DNA of 64,000 nt from an uncultured Thermoplasmata archaeon (GCA_963768855.1 CAVYJM010000017.1:87615-151614), one strand, 5' to 3'. Shown: positions 47,827 to 57,966, counted from the stretch's first letter. Translations and numbers: made by a program. The notes: generated by a model not told the origin, from the sequence alone.

Positions 47827-49704
47827 CTAGAAGCTGCCCGACCCGGTGACGATATCCTCCTGGTGGATGGGCGTCGGCACGAACTCGAAGCCGTAGAACC
47901 ACGTCACGCTCTGCACGTTGTTCGAGTCGGTCCATACCGCGTGGAACGTGCCGTCGGATCCGACCGCCAGGTCCGTGTAGTCCCCGAAGAACCCGCCGCC
48001 GAACCCGTTCTGCGTGTTGATCGGGTGCGGGCTCACGGTGTGGGTGACCGAGGACGACAGGTCCGTGACGACGTAGTCGAGCCGACTGTTGTGGATGTAG
48101 TTCCCGAGCACGTCGCAGGCGATTCGGCCCTCAGGCGGCGCGGGTCCGCTCGCGCAGGTCTGCCAGGGTGACACGACGTCCGCCGCATACGTGGACACGT
48201 AGACCTCCCCGTCGGGGCCCGCGGCCACGGCCGGGAAGACCATGTCGACCCGGTGCGCGGCAGGCGCGTTGAACGCGCTGCCGTCCGGCTGGGTCACGGG
48301 ATAGCCGATCGCTGTCTGCGTCATCGCGTTCAGCGCAGGGAACGCGAGCGCGGGCGCGGTCCAGGTCATCCCACCGTCCGAGGACATGCTGACCACGATC
48401 GTCGAGTGGCAGTTCGCGTACGTCGCGGCGCTTCCCACGATGAAGTACGCGCAGTTCGGGTCGCCCCCGAAGCTCGTCGCCGCGTTCGAGACCTCCGTCG
48501 CCCAGGCGGCGACCAGCGTGCCGTCCGAGGCGACGGCCCCCGCTGGGTAGCTGTTGTCTCGGAACACGGTGTGGAACGGCGGCTGGATGTCCGCGAGCGT
48601 GGAGATCGCGACGGGCTTGCTCCAGGTCACCCCGCCGTCGTGGGACGCCACGACCCAGATGCTGTCCAGGGAGGCCAGCCGCGTGGAAGCGTCCCAGAGG
48701 ACGTACACCGTGCCGTCCGCTCCGACCATGACGTGGGAACCCTGCCCGTACAGCACATTCCCCGAAATGAGCTGGGGCGTGCTGAACGTCGCTCCGTCGT
48801 CCGCCGAATACGCGAAGGCGATCGGGCTCTGGACGTAGCGGCCGTTAATCGGGTTGAAGATGAAACGCGTCCAGCTCACGTAGACCCGGTCCTGGAACGG
48901 GCTCCCGGCGTGGGAGTCCACGGCGATCCACTCCTTGTCGTTGAGGGTCGAGCGCGACGTGGTGGGGTTGATGAACGTGGGCTGGCTCCAGGACAAGGCA
49001 CCGCTGCCGTCGAAGGTCCCGCGGTTCACCGCGACCGTGTTCGGCGGGGCCGCGCGGTCGAAGCCGAGACCTGCGTAGAACACGACGCCCTGGCTGTTGA
49101 AGGCCACCGAGGGATCGCCACCCGCATCGTAGATGCCGCCCGTGAGGCGCTCGACGCCCGGGATCTCCGTGCCCAGGTGGGACGGATCCGTGGCGGTGCA
49201 GCACCACGTCGCGCCCCCGTCGTTCGAGTAGTAGGTGCCGGAGTACCCGTCACCCAGCGCGCTGCAAGGGGTGCCGCCGACCGTGCAGGACCATGTGCGG
49301 CTCACATAGTCGTTCATCCCGACGACGATGCGCTGCGCGTTGGTCGGATCCACGGCGATCGCGGGCTCGTTCTGGGGCGCCGCGGCCGTGTCCCGGTTCA
49401 CCGTCACTGCGGGCGAGGCCACGGAAGTCCCATCGAGCGGGCTTGAGAGGACAAACGTCGGCGTGATCGGCGTCGTCGGCGCAGGAGCCGTGGGCAGACC
49501 CTCGTCCGCCTCCTCCTGGAGGTAAATCGAGGCCCGAATCTGGAGACCTTGGGTGCCTTCGATGGACGCCATCTTGCCCGCCAGCGTCGTGATGTCGTAC
49601 GCCGGCTGGGACGTGGTGTTCGCAGATGCCGCCGCCGAGGACAATCCGGCCGAGACGAGCAGCAAGGCTAGCCCGAGCAATACCACTGAGGTAGAGTATC
49701 TCAT
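47827..49704 (-). CDS. Secreted BNR/Asp-box (sialidase-like beta-propeller) protein
   Basis: Signal peptide, QNEPAIAVDPTN, four Asp-boxes (YSNDGGATW, YSADDGATF, SHDGGVTW, SSDGGMTW), FFGDYTDL. Confidence 0.85.
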   Translation of the reverse strand: MRYSTSVVLLGLALLLVSAGLSSAAASANTTSQPAYDITTLAGKMASIEGTQGLQIRASIYLQEEADEGLPTAPAPTTPITPTFVLSSPLDGTSVASPAVTVNRDTAAAPQNEPAIAVDPTNAQRIVVGMNDYVSRTWSCTVGGTPCSALGDGYSGTYYSNDGGATWCCTATDPSHLGTEIPGVERLTGGIYDAGGDPSVAFNSQGVVFYAGLGFDRAAPPNTVAVNRGTFDGSGALSWSQPTFINPTTSRSTLNDKEWIAVDSHAGSPFQDRVYVSWTRFIFNPINGRYVQSPIAFAYSADDGATFSTPQLISGNVLYGQGSHVMVGADGTVYVLWDASTRLASLDSIWVVASHDGGVTWSKPVAISTLADIQPPFHTVFRDNSYPAGAVASDGTLVAAWATEVSNAATSFGGDPNCAYFIVGSAATYANCHSTIVVSMSSDGGMTWTAPALAFPALNAMTQTAIGYPVTQPDGSAFNAPAAHRVDMVFPAVAAGPDGEVYVSTYAADVVSPWQTCASGPAPPEGRIACDVLGNYIHNSRLDYVVTDLSSSVTHTVSPHPINTQNGFGGGFFGDYTDLAVGSDGTFHAVWTDSNNVQSVTWFYGFEFVPTPIHQEDIVTGSGSF

Positions 49705-49850
49705 TGCCTTCCTCCGACTTCCCCGCAGGAGGAAGGCGGCTCCGTGACTTAATCCTATGGACCTTCTCACGTCTGAGAGCGTGCGGAGGTCCGGTTGCCT
49801 CCTTCAGGAAGACCGCAGCGTCGTTTCGGCCGACCTCACGAGGTAACTTC

Positions 49851-51068
49851 ATGGACGAGAAGGCCGCTCCGGCTGCCGTGGAACCTCTCCGGGTGAGCCT
49901 CCGCGACATCGAGACGGCTCACGACGCGATCCGGGAGGTCGCCTACCGCACGCCCACGACGCGCTTCCGGACCTCGAACGGCGGCGATGTCTTCCTGAAA
50001 CTCGAGAACCTCCAGCGCCTTGGGGCGTTCAAGATTCGCGGCGCGTGGAATCGGATGTCCCGGCTATCCGAGGAGGAGCGCCGCCGCGGGGTGGCGACGA
50101 TCAGCTCGGGGAACCACGGCCTCGCGGTCGCCTGGTCGGCGAGGCGCCTCGGCCTGCCCTGCGTGGTCCGCGTGCCGACGGGCGCGGCGGGACCCAAAGT
50201 CGAGGCCATCCGCGCGCAAGGAGCGGAGCTCATGGAGATGCCCCGCGAGGAACTCGTCCACGCGCACACGGACGAGCTGTGGCGGTCGTGGCCCCAGACG
50301 TTCATCCATCCCTTTGCCCACCCGCACGTCATCGCGGGCCAGGGGACGATTGGATGGGAACTCGCGGAGGACCTGCCCGGGGTCCGCACGGTCCTCGTGC
50401 CCGTCGGAGGCGGCGGCCTGTCGTCGGGAATTGCGATCGCCGTGAAGGCGCGCATCCCGGAGTCGAAGGTGTTCGGAGTCCAAGCCGCTGGGGCAGCAAC
50501 CCTGCCCACGGTCTTCCAGACGAAGGCCGCCTATCGAGTCGAGGACCCGCAGACGATCGCGGACGGCATCCGGATCGGGATTATCCTTCCCGCCATGGCC
50601 GAGCTCCTGCTCCGGAACCTCGATGGATGTCTGGTCGTCTCGGACGCAGAGATCGAGGAGGCGATGCGGCGCCTCGCCCTCGAGGCCAAGATCATCGCCG
50701 AGCCCGCGGGAGCCGCTGCCTTCGCCGCGTGGATGGGGCACCGCCGGGAGCTGGAGCCACCCGTTGCAGTGATCGTCTCGGGCGGCAACGTGGACTCCGC
50801 CCTGCTTGCGAGGACGCTGAAGCCCGCGGCTCCATCCGTACCACGACCGGCGGCAGCGGGTTCGCCCAGTCGCGGCGCGACCCTCGACCGGATGACGCAA
50901 GCGCTCGAGATTGCGAAACAGGCCCGCGACCGGGGGATGGACGTAAAGGAGACCCGAAGGGCCCTCAAGCAAGCGAGGGCCGCCTTCGAAGCGGGGGACT
51001 ACCCGACGGCCATGCACCTGGCGGACCGGATCATCGAGCAGTACCGCCCGCCGACTAAGTCCCGCTGA
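49851..51068 (+). CDS. Threonine/serine dehydratase-family PLP enzyme with extra C-terminal helical domain
   Basis: LKLENLQRLGAFKIRGA, SSGNHG, PVGGGGL, AEPAGAAA, VSGGNVD. Confidence 0.88.
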   Translation: MDEKAAPAAVEPLRVSLRDIETAHDAIREVAYRTPTTRFRTSNGGDVFLKLENLQRLGAFKIRGAWNRMSRLSEEERRRGVATISSGNHGLAVAWSARRLGLPCVVRVPTGAAGPKVEAIRAQGAELMEMPREELVHAHTDELWRSWPQTFIHPFAHPHVIAGQGTIGWELAEDLPGVRTVLVPVGGGGLSSGIAIAVKARIPESKVFGVQAAGAATLPTVFQTKAAYRVEDPQTIADGIRIGIILPAMAELLLRNLDGCLVVSDAEIEEAMRRLALEAKIIAEPAGAAAFAAWMGHRRELEPPVAVIVSGGNVDSALLARTLKPAAPSVPRPAAAGSPSRGATLDRMTQALEIAKQARDRGMDVKETRRALKQARAAFEAGDYPTAMHLADRIIEQYRPPTKSR

Positions 51069-51104
51069 TCGACCACCTTCGCGTCGCCGGCGCGGGAGGC
51101 GGTC

Positions 51105-52556
51105 TCATTTCTTCGCGAGATCGCGCACGATGTGGTCCAGCCGCGTCGCGGTCGCCTTCGGGAGCGGCTCCGGCACGTGGTTCTTCAGGATCCAGTCCGT
51201 CTTCTCGCGGGCCACGGTCATCGGGTCCTTCTTGCCCTTCGCGACCCAGCTGTCGTACGGGCTCGTGTCCCAGAGCATCGGGACGAAGATGCCCCGCATG
51301 CGATCGAGTGTGTGCCGCTGCGCAAGGTAACTGCCGCCGATCCCGACCTTCTGGATCAGGTCGACCGCGAGCTCGTCCTCGTTCACGTCGAAGCCCTGGT
51401 AGATCTTGATCACCATCGCGGTGATCTCGTGGTCCAGGAGGATCTGCTCGTACGAGAGCAGGGTCGACCCGGCGGGCTCGCCGAGGCCGTTCACGACCTC
51501 TCCACCATATTGGGCGCAAACCATCGCCGCCATTGCGTGCTCGAGGGATGCCTGCACGCCGGGAATCTTCGCGGTCGATCCGAACCCTCCGACCGAGTCG
51601 GGGAGGTGGAGATACTTCGCCATCTCGATCGAGCCGATCGCGAGGAGGTCGCTCTCCGGAGACGAGCCCATGTACGCGCCCGTCTTCGGGTCCATGCCGC
51701 TCAGGACGGACCCGTATATGGCGGGCGCCCCGGGCTCGTGGGCCTCGAGCATGCAAATCACGGCGAGCGTCTCCGCATGGTTCACGACGAGGTCGCCCGC
51801 GATGGACGCGGGGCCGCTCACGCCCGTCTGGGCCATCCCCGTAATGTGGACGGGCACGTGGTTCTCCGCCCAGACGAGGGCCGCATCCGAGGCGGTGCCG
51901 TCGACAGAGAGCGGCGAGATCGTGCAGAGCATGGCGGAGAGGTAGTGCCGCTTCCGCAGCTCCTCCGCGGAGCCCATGACCTCCGCGGCCATGGCGACCT
52001 GCGCTCGCGCCTCCGCTGCGTTCGTCGTGGACTCGGAGAGGATGTGCTTCTCCGTGTTCTCCATGGCGACCTTGACGCCCGTGGCCACGTGGACCTTCTC
52101 GGGCACGTCGTGGGCAACGACCATGGGCTCGTAGATGCTCAGATACGGGAGCCAGTCGCCGAGGATCGCGGTCCGGCGGATGTCCTCGAGGACGGAGTCG
52201 CGGCGGGTGTTCGTCTCCGCCTCCCAGACGTGCACGCCGCAGCCGTCCATCGTCGTGTAGAAGTGATCCCCCGTCATCGGGAGGTCAAACTCCTTCGTGC
52301 GGCCCGCGAGGGTGAGCTCTTTCGGCGCGAGGCGCACGAGGTCCAGGACGACGTCCCGAGGGAAGCGGACATCCGGGCTGCCCTCCTTCACGACGGCCCC
52401 GGCCGCCTTCAGGTCTTTCCGCGCGGCCGGACTGTGGATGCGGACGCCCGTCTTCTCCATCACCTCGAGGGCCCCTTCGTGGATGGCCCTCCGCTCCTTC
52501 TCCGACAGCAGGTCCGCGGGCTTGCGAATCCGGAACCGTTCCGAGAACGCCGACAT
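51105..52556 (-). CDS. MttB superfamily methyltransferase (third copy), no pyrrolysine
   Basis: VMEKTGVRI, GPASIAG, GSSPES, EQILLDHE, SYLAQRHT. Uninterrupted ORF. Confidence 0.9.
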   Translation of the reverse strand: MSAFSERFRIRKPADLLSEKERRAIHEGALEVMEKTGVRIHSPAARKDLKAAGAVVKEGSPDVRFPRDVVLDLVRLAPKELTLAGRTKEFDLPMTGDHFYTTMDGCGVHVWEAETNTRRDSVLEDIRRTAILGDWLPYLSIYEPMVVAHDVPEKVHVATGVKVAMENTEKHILSESTTNAAEARAQVAMAAEVMGSAEELRKRHYLSAMLCTISPLSVDGTASDAALVWAENHVPVHITGMAQTGVSGPASIAGDLVVNHAETLAVICMLEAHEPGAPAIYGSVLSGMDPKTGAYMGSSPESDLLAIGSIEMAKYLHLPDSVGGFGSTAKIPGVQASLEHAMAAMVCAQYGGEVVNGLGEPAGSTLLSYEQILLDHEITAMVIKIYQGFDVNEDELAVDLIQKVGIGGSYLAQRHTLDRMRGIFVPMLWDTSPYDSWVAKGKKDPMTVAREKTDWILKNHVPEPLPKATATRLDHIVRDLAKK

Positions 52557-52670
52557 GGTTTCTCACTCCTAGCCGCCGGGGGATCGCATCCCGTGCCTCC
52601 GACCCTGGTTCCCGGCGATGCCGCAGCGGACATCCGGACGACCCGGATTTGAGGGTGATGTAAGGACAGA

Positions 52671-53564
52671 ATGGGTGTCGGGGAACCGCGGGACACCCTG
52701 CCGCCTAAGGGTTCATGTGACCCGGCGGGTTCCCGTGCGCGGCCCGCGGGTGGAACCCTGACGGATGTGCTGACGGATTTCTCGGAGGATGCCCTCGTCG
52801 ATGCGGTCGACCGCAACTGCATCGACTTCTTCCAGCACTACGGCTGCGGCCCCGGATGCGAGCTGCATGAGGAGGCGGACCTCGCGTGGTTCGTGACGGG
52901 CATCCCGCATCCCCTGTTCAACGGCGTGATGGCGACGGACCTTCCGCCGGACCGAGTCGATGAACGAATCGATGATATGGTCGCGGAGTTCCGGCGGCGC
53001 CGAGTTCCGCTGGAGTGGACCACTGGTTCGAGGACCCGTCCGGTCGACCTGGCCCGCCATCTCCTGGCGAAAGGGTTCGAGCACACGCTCGATGTGCCGG
53101 GCATGGCGATGGACCTGCGGGAGCTCCCGGACGAGAAACCCCCGCGTGGACTCTCGGTTGTCCAAGTTGGCAACCGCGAGGATCTCGAGGCCTGTATCCG
53201 AATCGCGCTGCACACGTTCGAAATCTCGGAAGCCTTCGTGCCGCGCCTTCTAGAGATCGAGGAGAGGATGCCAGAGGACCAGAAGGCCCTCACCCGCCAC
53301 TATCTGGCCCGCCTCGATGGCCGTCCTGTCGCCACGGCCGAGTTGTTCCTCGCGGCGGGCGCGGCGGGCCTGTACTTCGTGGGTACGCTCCCGGACGCGA
53401 GCCACCGTGGGATCGGACGGGCCGTCACCCTGGCAGCACTGCGGGGTGCGCGGGAGATGGGCTACCGGGTCGGAGTCCTCCAGGCTACGCCGATGGGGAC
53501 GCCCGTCTACCGCCGGATCGGGTTCCGCGCGCTCTACCCGATGGGCATCTACCTCGGCCCCTGA
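52671..53564 (+). CDS. GNAT-family acetyltransferase
   Basis: GLYFVGTLPDASHRGIGRAVT acetyl-CoA motif, LQATPMGTPVYRRIGF. True start probably near GTG 52767. Confidence 0.85.
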   Translation: MGVGEPRDTLPPKGSCDPAGSRARPAGGTLTDVLTDFSEDALVDAVDRNCIDFFQHYGCGPGCELHEEADLAWFVTGIPHPLFNGVMATDLPPDRVDERIDDMVAEFRRRRVPLEWTTGSRTRPVDLARHLLAKGFEHTLDVPGMAMDLRELPDEKPPRGLSVVQVGNREDLEACIRIALHTFEISEAFVPRLLEIEERMPEDQKALTRHYLARLDGRPVATAELFLAAGAAGLYFVGTLPDASHRGIGRAVTLAALRGAREMGYRVGVLQATPMGTPVYRRIGFRALYPMGIYLGP

Positions 53565-53615
53565 GCGGCGCCGCGGAAGGGAAAGGGTAAGTCGGTTCGC
53601 CGCCTACCGCCACCC

Positions 53616-54602
53616 ATGCGCGCGATGCGCTTCGAGGCGGACGGCACAATCCAGTCCGTGAACCTGCCCATGCCGACGATCGGGCCCGAGGACGTGCTCG
53701 TGCAGGTCCTGGCCGCGGGGGTGTGCCGCACGGACCTCCACACCCTCGAGGCGGTCAAGGCTGGACGGAGGCCGCCCGTGGTCCCCGGACACGAGATCGC
53801 GGGAAAGGTGAGCAAGGTCGGATCGGACGTCTACATGGCCAACGCGGGGGACCTCGTCGCGGTCCACTACGAGCAGCCGTGCGGCGCGTGCCGTCACTGC
53901 CGCAAGAAGCGGACGAACCTCTGCCAGGAGGGTCACAGCCTCGGGTTCGACGTCCAGGGCGGCTACGCGGAATACGTCGCTGCCAGGGAGAGCACTGTAC
54001 TCCCCCTGCCACAGGACTATGACCCGGAGCTGGCCGCCCCCCTGGGCTGCAGCGGCACAACGGCCTACCACGCCGTCGTCGCGGTCGGGGACGCTACGGA
54101 GGACGAGCTCGTGGTGATCATCGGAGCAGGCGGTGTGGGACTCTCCGCCGTGCAGGTCGCGAAGGCGCAGGGCGCCCGGGTCGTCGCGGTCGATGTCCGG
54201 CCGGAGTCCCAGAAGGCGGCCCTCGAGGCGGGGGCCGATTCCGCGGCCACGCCCGAGGAAGCGAGACAGGTCCGCGATGCCGACGTGGTCGTCGATTTCG
54301 TCTCGACGAGGGCGACGATGGAACTCGGCCGGGGCATCCTCGGGGTGGGCGGGCGATTCGTCGCCGTGGCCTCAGGGGACGAGTCCATTTCCCTGACGGC
54401 CGCGGACATCATGGAGGGAGGACGCGCCTACCTGGGATCCTACTCCTCGACGATGGCCGACCTCGCGCGGGCCGTCGCCCTGGCGGAGAATGGGAAGCTC
54501 ACGCCCGTCGTGACCCGCCGGGCATCGTTGCAGGAGGCCGCAGACGTTCTCCGTGATCTCGACGAGGGAAAGATCATCGGTCGTGCCGTCTTGCTCCCAT
54601 AG
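53616..54602 (+). CDS. Zinc-dependent (MDR) alcohol dehydrogenase
   Basis: GVCRTDLH, GHEIAG, CGACRHC...NLC, GAGGVG. Confidence 0.92.
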   Translation: MRAMRFEADGTIQSVNLPMPTIGPEDVLVQVLAAGVCRTDLHTLEAVKAGRRPPVVPGHEIAGKVSKVGSDVYMANAGDLVAVHYEQPCGACRHCRKKRTNLCQEGHSLGFDVQGGYAEYVAARESTVLPLPQDYDPELAAPLGCSGTTAYHAVVAVGDATEDELVVIIGAGGVGLSAVQVAKAQGARVVAVDVRPESQKAALEAGADSAATPEEARQVRDADVVVDFVSTRATMELGRGILGVGGRFVAVASGDESISLTAADIMEGGRAYLGSYSSTMADLARAVALAENGKLTPVVTRRASLQEAADVLRDLDEGKIIGRAVLLP

Positions 54603-54653
54603 CAACGGGCTGAGAGAATTGGCCGAGGATCCCCGTGGTCCAGATCGCTCGCA

Positions 54654-55325
54654 TCAATCCCACGCGGTCTTCCGCACGAGGAAGTGGTACAGGTTCCCTT
54701 CCTTGCGTTCCTCGATGACGGGCTGGCCGGTCCTCTGGGACCAATTCACCATCTCGGCGGGCGCGGTCCAGTCGTCGGACACGAGGTGCACGACCTCGCC
54801 CGCCGCCGCACGGTCGAGCGTCTCGTCGAGCTTCGCGAGGACCGCGGAGCACTCCGTTCCGATCTCGAAGAGCTCGTAGTCCGGGAAGGCGGCGAAGCAG
54901 TGCACACGGAGGGCGGCCATCTGGGCCGCGAGGAGGTCCTTCGCCTCCGGCGCGGGTTTCAGATCTCTACGGTCCTCGTCCCAGGCAGACGGGCGGAGCC
55001 GGGCGAACCATCCTTCCGCGTACGGTTTCTCCGAAAGGAGCTTCGGCGTCTCCTGTACGGCCTGGTTCGCGGCCAGCAGGACGCCGCGCACGGGCGTGCG
55101 AATCGGGCCGAAGTAGCGCCCGCTCTCCACGGTCCCGATGCTCTTGCCTCGCGCATACTCGACACCCGTCGTCCGCGCAACGACCTTGGTGAGCCGCCCC
55201 GCCATGGCCGCGTGGATGCTCGTGATCCCCAGGACGACCTCGCCCGAGGCCTCGCGGCGGATCCAGACGAGACCGTCCGGCTCATAGAGGAGGTCGTCCG
55301 GGAACTCGCAGCTCTCAATCCGCAT
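54654..55325 (-). CDS. GcvH-like domain (lipoyl Lys replaced by Arg) fused to a TusA/SirA-like domain
   Basis: PDDLLYE...VWIR...VLGIT...GTVESGRY..PIRTPVRG..N...LSEKPYAEGW, then EIGTECSAV...GEVVHLVSDD...NWSQRTG...YHFLVRK. Confidence 0.82.
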   Translation of the reverse strand: MRIESCEFPDDLLYEPDGLVWIRREASGEVVLGITSIHAAMAGRLTKVVARTTGVEYARGKSIGTVESGRYFGPIRTPVRGVLLAANQAVQETPKLLSEKPYAEGWFARLRPSAWDEDRRDLKPAPEAKDLLAAQMAALRVHCFAAFPDYELFEIGTECSAVLAKLDETLDRAAAGEVVHLVSDDWTAPAEMVNWSQRTGQPVIEERKEGNLYHFLVRKTAWD

Positions 55326-55598
55326 CCCGCGTCCTCCTGGTCCTCGCTCGGCCTGCAAGGGGAATGAGTTGGAACCCTCGGGGGAAGGAGGCACCCGCCC
55401 CACGGCCACTGGCTTGCATGGAGTGCGTTGCACCGCGCCCGAGAGTTTTGAAGGTTTTGGGCCGCATCCGGACTCCGTCGAGCGGGGGACGCCTGAGTCG
55501 GCCTGCGACCCGAATACGACCCCGAAAACGTCACATTCAAGTGCCCACGCGCGAGTGCACCGAACGCAGCGGCTTCAACGGCATAAGAAGGGAGCACC

Positions 55599-56750
55599 GT
55601 GTTCACCCCCGACGCCGGCCACATCCTGCCCCTGGTCTCCGCGGTCCTCTGGTTCTCCGTTGCCATGGGCGCCTTCGGGAGATACGGTCTCACTTCGCCG
55701 TTCGTCCGGGCCCTGGCCCTCTTCTGTTCCCTCGTGGGCGCGTGGTCCCTCCTCGACTGGTACTTCCTGAGCTGGATGGACGCGAATGATCAACTCGCCG
55801 CTATCGTCGTGTCGAACCTTCGCGCCAGCATCCTGGCCCTCTCGTCTCTCGTCGTCCTGCTCGCATCGAAGTGGATCTCGCGGGGACATTCGCGGTACGA
55901 CTGGCTCCTCCTCCTCCCGGTGGCCGGCTCGCTCGCCATCGTCTGGAGCGGGATGACCGTGAGTGCGCAGCCGACCTCCTGGGGCCCGCAACTCTTGCGG
56001 GATCCGATCCGCTACGTCGTGTATGTGATCCAAGCCCTCGTGTACTTCGTCGCGGCGATCACCTTCGCCCTGTCGGTCGCGGTCGGACGCCCGGACGTGC
56101 CCCCGCGTCTGAGCCGCCCTGCGCTGCTCAGCATCGGAGGCCTCGTGGTGTTCGTGGTCCTCTGGCTGTCCACGAACGTCTACACGAATCTCACCCAGGC
56201 CTCCGGACAACCTCTGTTCTCGGCCGTCTTGTTCATCCCTGCGCTGATGGACGTGCTCGCGTTTGCCCGTCGGACCCCGGAGGAGATGGGGGAGCTTTTC
56301 CGGGCCGTCTCCAAGGTTGAACGCCGAGCGCTTGGCCTCTACGTGTTCTATCGGACGGGAGAACCTCTGGTGGCCGTCGGCGCATCGCGGAGCCTCCCCA
56401 TCGAAGCGGAGCAGCTCGAGGGCGTCCTCAGCATCGTCGGCGACTTCGTCGAGACGAGCATGCGCCGGTTCCGCCGCTACACCGTGACCTCGATGCAGTT
56501 CGACCGCCTCGGCATCCTGGCGGTGCGCGGCGAATTCGTGATCGTGGCCGCCGTGTTCGAGGGACCCGCCTACGACGCGCTCCGGAGCGAGCTCCGTCGG
56601 AGCATGGAAACCTTCGAGCAGAGCCATCGGAGCGAACTGGCGACATGGGAGGGCGCGTCCCGGATCGCGGATGCGCTCGCCGACGACCTCTCCGCGCTCC
56701 TCGCCCGTCCGGAGTCCAAGCCTCGCAGGGCAGGCTCTCCTTCCGGCTGA
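55599..56750 (+). CDS. 7TM membrane domain fused to a longin/roadblock-like cytoplasmic domain
   Basis: About 7 TMs, then LYVFYRTGEPL...LEGVLSIVGDFVETS...VTSMQFDRLGILAVRGEFVIVAAVF. Confidence 0.7.
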   Translation: MFTPDAGHILPLVSAVLWFSVAMGAFGRYGLTSPFVRALALFCSLVGAWSLLDWYFLSWMDANDQLAAIVVSNLRASILALSSLVVLLASKWISRGHSRYDWLLLLPVAGSLAIVWSGMTVSAQPTSWGPQLLRDPIRYVVYVIQALVYFVAAITFALSVAVGRPDVPPRLSRPALLSIGGLVVFVVLWLSTNVYTNLTQASGQPLFSAVLFIPALMDVLAFARRTPEEMGELFRAVSKVERRALGLYVFYRTGEPLVAVGASRSLPIEAEQLEGVLSIVGDFVETSMRRFRRYTVTSMQFDRLGILAVRGEFVIVAAVFEGPAYDALRSELRRSMETFEQSHRSELATWEGASRIADALADDLSALLARPESKPRRAGSPSG

Positions 56751-56820
56751 GAGGGTTTTTCCGGGGACGCGCACTCGCAGCCGTCGCGGGTGTATCGCGG
56801 GGCGGGAGGCAGGCATCACC

Positions 56821-57222
56821 ATGGAAAGGAAGAACTACGCGAGCGGTGCGAAGTGGGAGTCCGTCGCGGGTTACTCGAGGGCCGTCCGGGTCGGCCCGTT
56901 CATCTACGTCGCGGGGACGACGGCCTGGGACGAGAACGGCGATCTGGTTGGAATCGGCGACCCGTATGCGCAGACCGTCCAGATCCTCCGGAACATCGAA
57001 CGTGCCCTCCATGCCGCGGGCGCACGCCTCGAGGACGTGGTCCGGACGCGCGCCTTCGTCACGGACATCGGGCGGTGGCAGGAAGTCGCCCGGGCTCACG
57101 GCGAGGTCTTCAGGGACATCCGCCCCGCGATGACGATGGTCCAGGTGAGCCGCCTCCTCGACCCGAAGATGCTCGTCGAGATCGAGGTAGATGCGATCGT
57201 CGCGGATGCCCCTCCTCCCTGA
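56821..57222 (+). CDS. RidA/YjgF/UK114-family protein
   Basis: KWESVAGYSRAVRVG, VAGTT, LEDVVRTR, RPAMTMVQV, VEIEVDA. Confidence 0.92.
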   Translation: MERKNYASGAKWESVAGYSRAVRVGPFIYVAGTTAWDENGDLVGIGDPYAQTVQILRNIERALHAAGARLEDVVRTRAFVTDIGRWQEVARAHGEVFRDIRPAMTMVQVSRLLDPKMLVEIEVDAIVADAPPP

Positions 57223-57467
57223 AACACCGAACGCGGTGGAATGGCCACGGAGTGGTCACTTCTCGCCGCTTCGGTCAAGTCTCGTGACCAGCGTTGGATC
57301 CCTCCGAGGCGAGTCGGATGATCGAGTACCTAATCGCGAAGGCGCGGATCCAAGCCGTCGAAGAGGAAGTCCGCAAGGCAGAATGGGTCCGGTGGTGGCC
57401 CGCGCGAACCGCGAACATGCAGAGGGAACGGGGTCTTTAAGGGCCAGCCTCCACATGGGGCTCCGGA

Positions 57468-57941
57468 ATGGCCGAAGGCAATCTGCAGAAGGACGTGAAG
57501 GAGCTCCGCAGGCAGGTTGAAGCTTTGCGCGAGGCCCTCGCCAAGGTCGCCGAGCCGTACCGCGAGATCGCGGGGTACATGGAGCAGCTCCAGACAATCA
57601 CCCGCGGCTACTTCCGCCTCCTGGACCTCTATGCGAAGCACGGCGCCGTGTCGCCCGACCTCGTGATCCCCGGACTGAAGGACGATATCTCCAAGGCGAT
57701 CCTGACCGTCCTCTTCGAGAAGGGGGACCGAAACATCTCCCAGATCACGGAGGCCGTCAAGGGCAAGCGGGGGACCGCCTCGCGGCGGATCGTCCGCGAG
57801 CGCCTCCAGGATCTCGTGGCGCGCGGCGCGGTCGTGGCCACCGAGGGCTCGCGGGCCCCCACGTACCGCGTATCGGAGGAAGTGGCCGCGAAGTGGTCAC
57901 AAATGCTCGGTTTGTCCAAATACGGGGACCAGTCTGGATAG
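57468..57941 (+). CDS. Coiled-coil plus winged-helix putative transcription regulator
   Basis: NISQITEAV...SRRIVRERLQDLVARGAV wHTH-like. TTTAA about 30 nt upstream. Confidence 0.65.
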   Translation: MAEGNLQKDVKELRRQVEALREALAKVAEPYREIAGYMEQLQTITRGYFRLLDLYAKHGAVSPDLVIPGLKDDISKAILTVLFEKGDRNISQITEAVKGKRGTASRRIVRERLQDLVARGAVVATEGSRAPTYRVSEEVAAKWSQMLGLSKYGDQSG

Positions 57942-57966
57942 GGACAAGAAGAACGAGGTGAACGCG

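Noticed and set aside
45426-53564. AblA/AblB (N-acetyl-beta-lysine) pathway from kamA plus the GNAT gene
   Set aside because: The genes are about 6 kb apart and not operonic, and the GNAT shows no AblB-specific feature I can identify.
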